From a virus (Duplodnaviria; Caudoviricetes), in IMG/VR virus record IMGVR_UViG_3300025066_000035, positions 1 to 54,482 of that record: a stretch of DNA of 54,482 bases; one strand, 5' to 3'. A model generated the notes under the pieces. That model was not told where the DNA came from and searched no databases. It worked only from the letters and a program-made list of their open reading frames with translations. Shown here in pieces: positions 53,992-54,482 of this stretch. The position numbers and the translations under genes are program-made. The first letter of the stretch is position 1, and each line of letters begins with the position of its first letter.

Positions 53992-54482
53992 TTAGAGGAC
54001 GGAAGCATCAGCAGCAATCTCGCTATCGACATCCATAGTCTGAGCGGTAACAGTACCATCCCAGTAGTTGCGTGCGAGCTTGACGTTCTTCATGACACCG
54101 ACACCCTGGCCCTCGTGTGCAACGGCGAAACCGTAACGCTCACGAAGCTTGACCTTGACGACGTCGACATTCTCGTCGCGCCACTCGACCTGAGTAAGAT
54201 CCTCATCAACGAGGTGGAAGCCAACGTTGCCGGAGCTGAGCAGGTAGATGTCGCCGAGCTGAGAGCTGGCGTCGAAAGGAACAAGGGGGCTAACCATGAC
54301 ACGGAAGGGCCATGGGAAGTATGCAGGGGGTAGGTTGCCTACAGCAGTCATGCCGTGCTCGCGACCAGCGATACCGGTTGCAGTTTCACCTGCAGCGTTA
54401 CCAGAAGCGTTGAGCTTGTTACCGAGGGATGGACCCTGGGCACCCATTGAACCGTTGGACCATGGGTCCAGTGGTCCAGCCT
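53992..54482 (-). CDS. Major capsid protein, C-terminal part (partial)
   Basis: The frame stays open to the window edge. VMVSPLVPF...EWRDENVDVVKVKLRERYGFAV is an HK97-fold capsid C-terminal pattern; followed by a hairpin and neck genes. Confidence 0.8.
   Translation of the reverse strand, partial: AGPLDPWSNGSMGAQGPSLGNKLNASGNAAGETATGIAGREHGMTAVGNLPPAYFPWPFRVMVSPLVPFDASSQLGDIYLLSSGNVGFHLVDEDLTQVEWRDENVDVVKVKLRERYGFAVAHEGQGVGVMKNVKLARNYWDGTVTAQTMDVDSEIAADASVL

Larger units (their letters stand above)
1..54482 (-). mobile_element. Virion morphogenesis region of a large myovirus-type phage (free phage or prophage undetermined)
   Basis: Capsid, neck, sheath, tube, chaperones, tape measure, hub, baseplate and fibres in canonical order on one strand, with many 1-4 nt stop/start overlaps. 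Confidence 0.93.

Noticed and set aside
394-54333. Numerous plus-strand and nested minus-strand ORFs of 60-190 aa in the ORF track
   Set aside because: All overlap long, motif-bearing minus-strand genes that tile the window. They show no recognisable motifs and are best explained as shadow ORFs.
54456-54478. Short inverted repeats (TGGACC...GGTCCA) at the right edge
   Set aside because: They lie inside the capsid coding frame and are short enough to arise by chance.
1-54482. Stop-codon reassignment (alternative genetic code)
   Set aside because: The standard code gives near-complete coding density with ORFs up to 3018 aa, and TAA, TGA and TAG all occur as stops at tight gene junctions.
1-54482. 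CRISPR array, tRNA/rRNA genes, DGR repeats, integrase or IS elements
   Set aside because: Intergenic gaps are under about 100 nt. I saw no repeat-spacer array, reverse transcriptase or recombinase. A dispersed near-identical repeat could be missed by eye.

Overview
The window is one continuous, tightly packed minus-strand virion morphogenesis operon of a large contractile-tailed (myovirus-type) phage or prophage. Read from 54482 down to 1, it encodes: the 3' end of the major capsid gene; an Ig-domain head/neck protein; neck and tail-completion proteins; the tail sheath; three tail-tube-fold paralogues; two paralogous tail-assembly chaperones; two giant tape-measure-locus proteins (1384 and 1682 aa); a 3018-aa baseplate hub carrying an M23 peptidase; spike, gp25-like, baseplate-J-like and wedge proteins; and several fibre or peripheral baseplate proteins. 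A five-gene glycan-tailoring cassette (GT9 glycosyltransferase, two sulfotransferase-like proteins, a SAM methyltransferase and a polysaccharide pyruvyl transferase) is translationally coupled to the last fibre gene. Two signals stand out. First, the 1682-aa protein carries two-barrel RNA polymerase motifs in the expected order (KxxxxxxKG, RxP, DxDGD, and a trigger-loop-like LKAKH) and shares its C-terminal motif with the neighbouring tape measure, which suggests a tail-packaged, ejected virion RNA polymerase. Second, the glycan cassette sits inside the structural operon, which suggests a sulfated, methylated and pyruvylated virion glycan. All calls come from motif recognition by eye plus gene order; no database searches were run.
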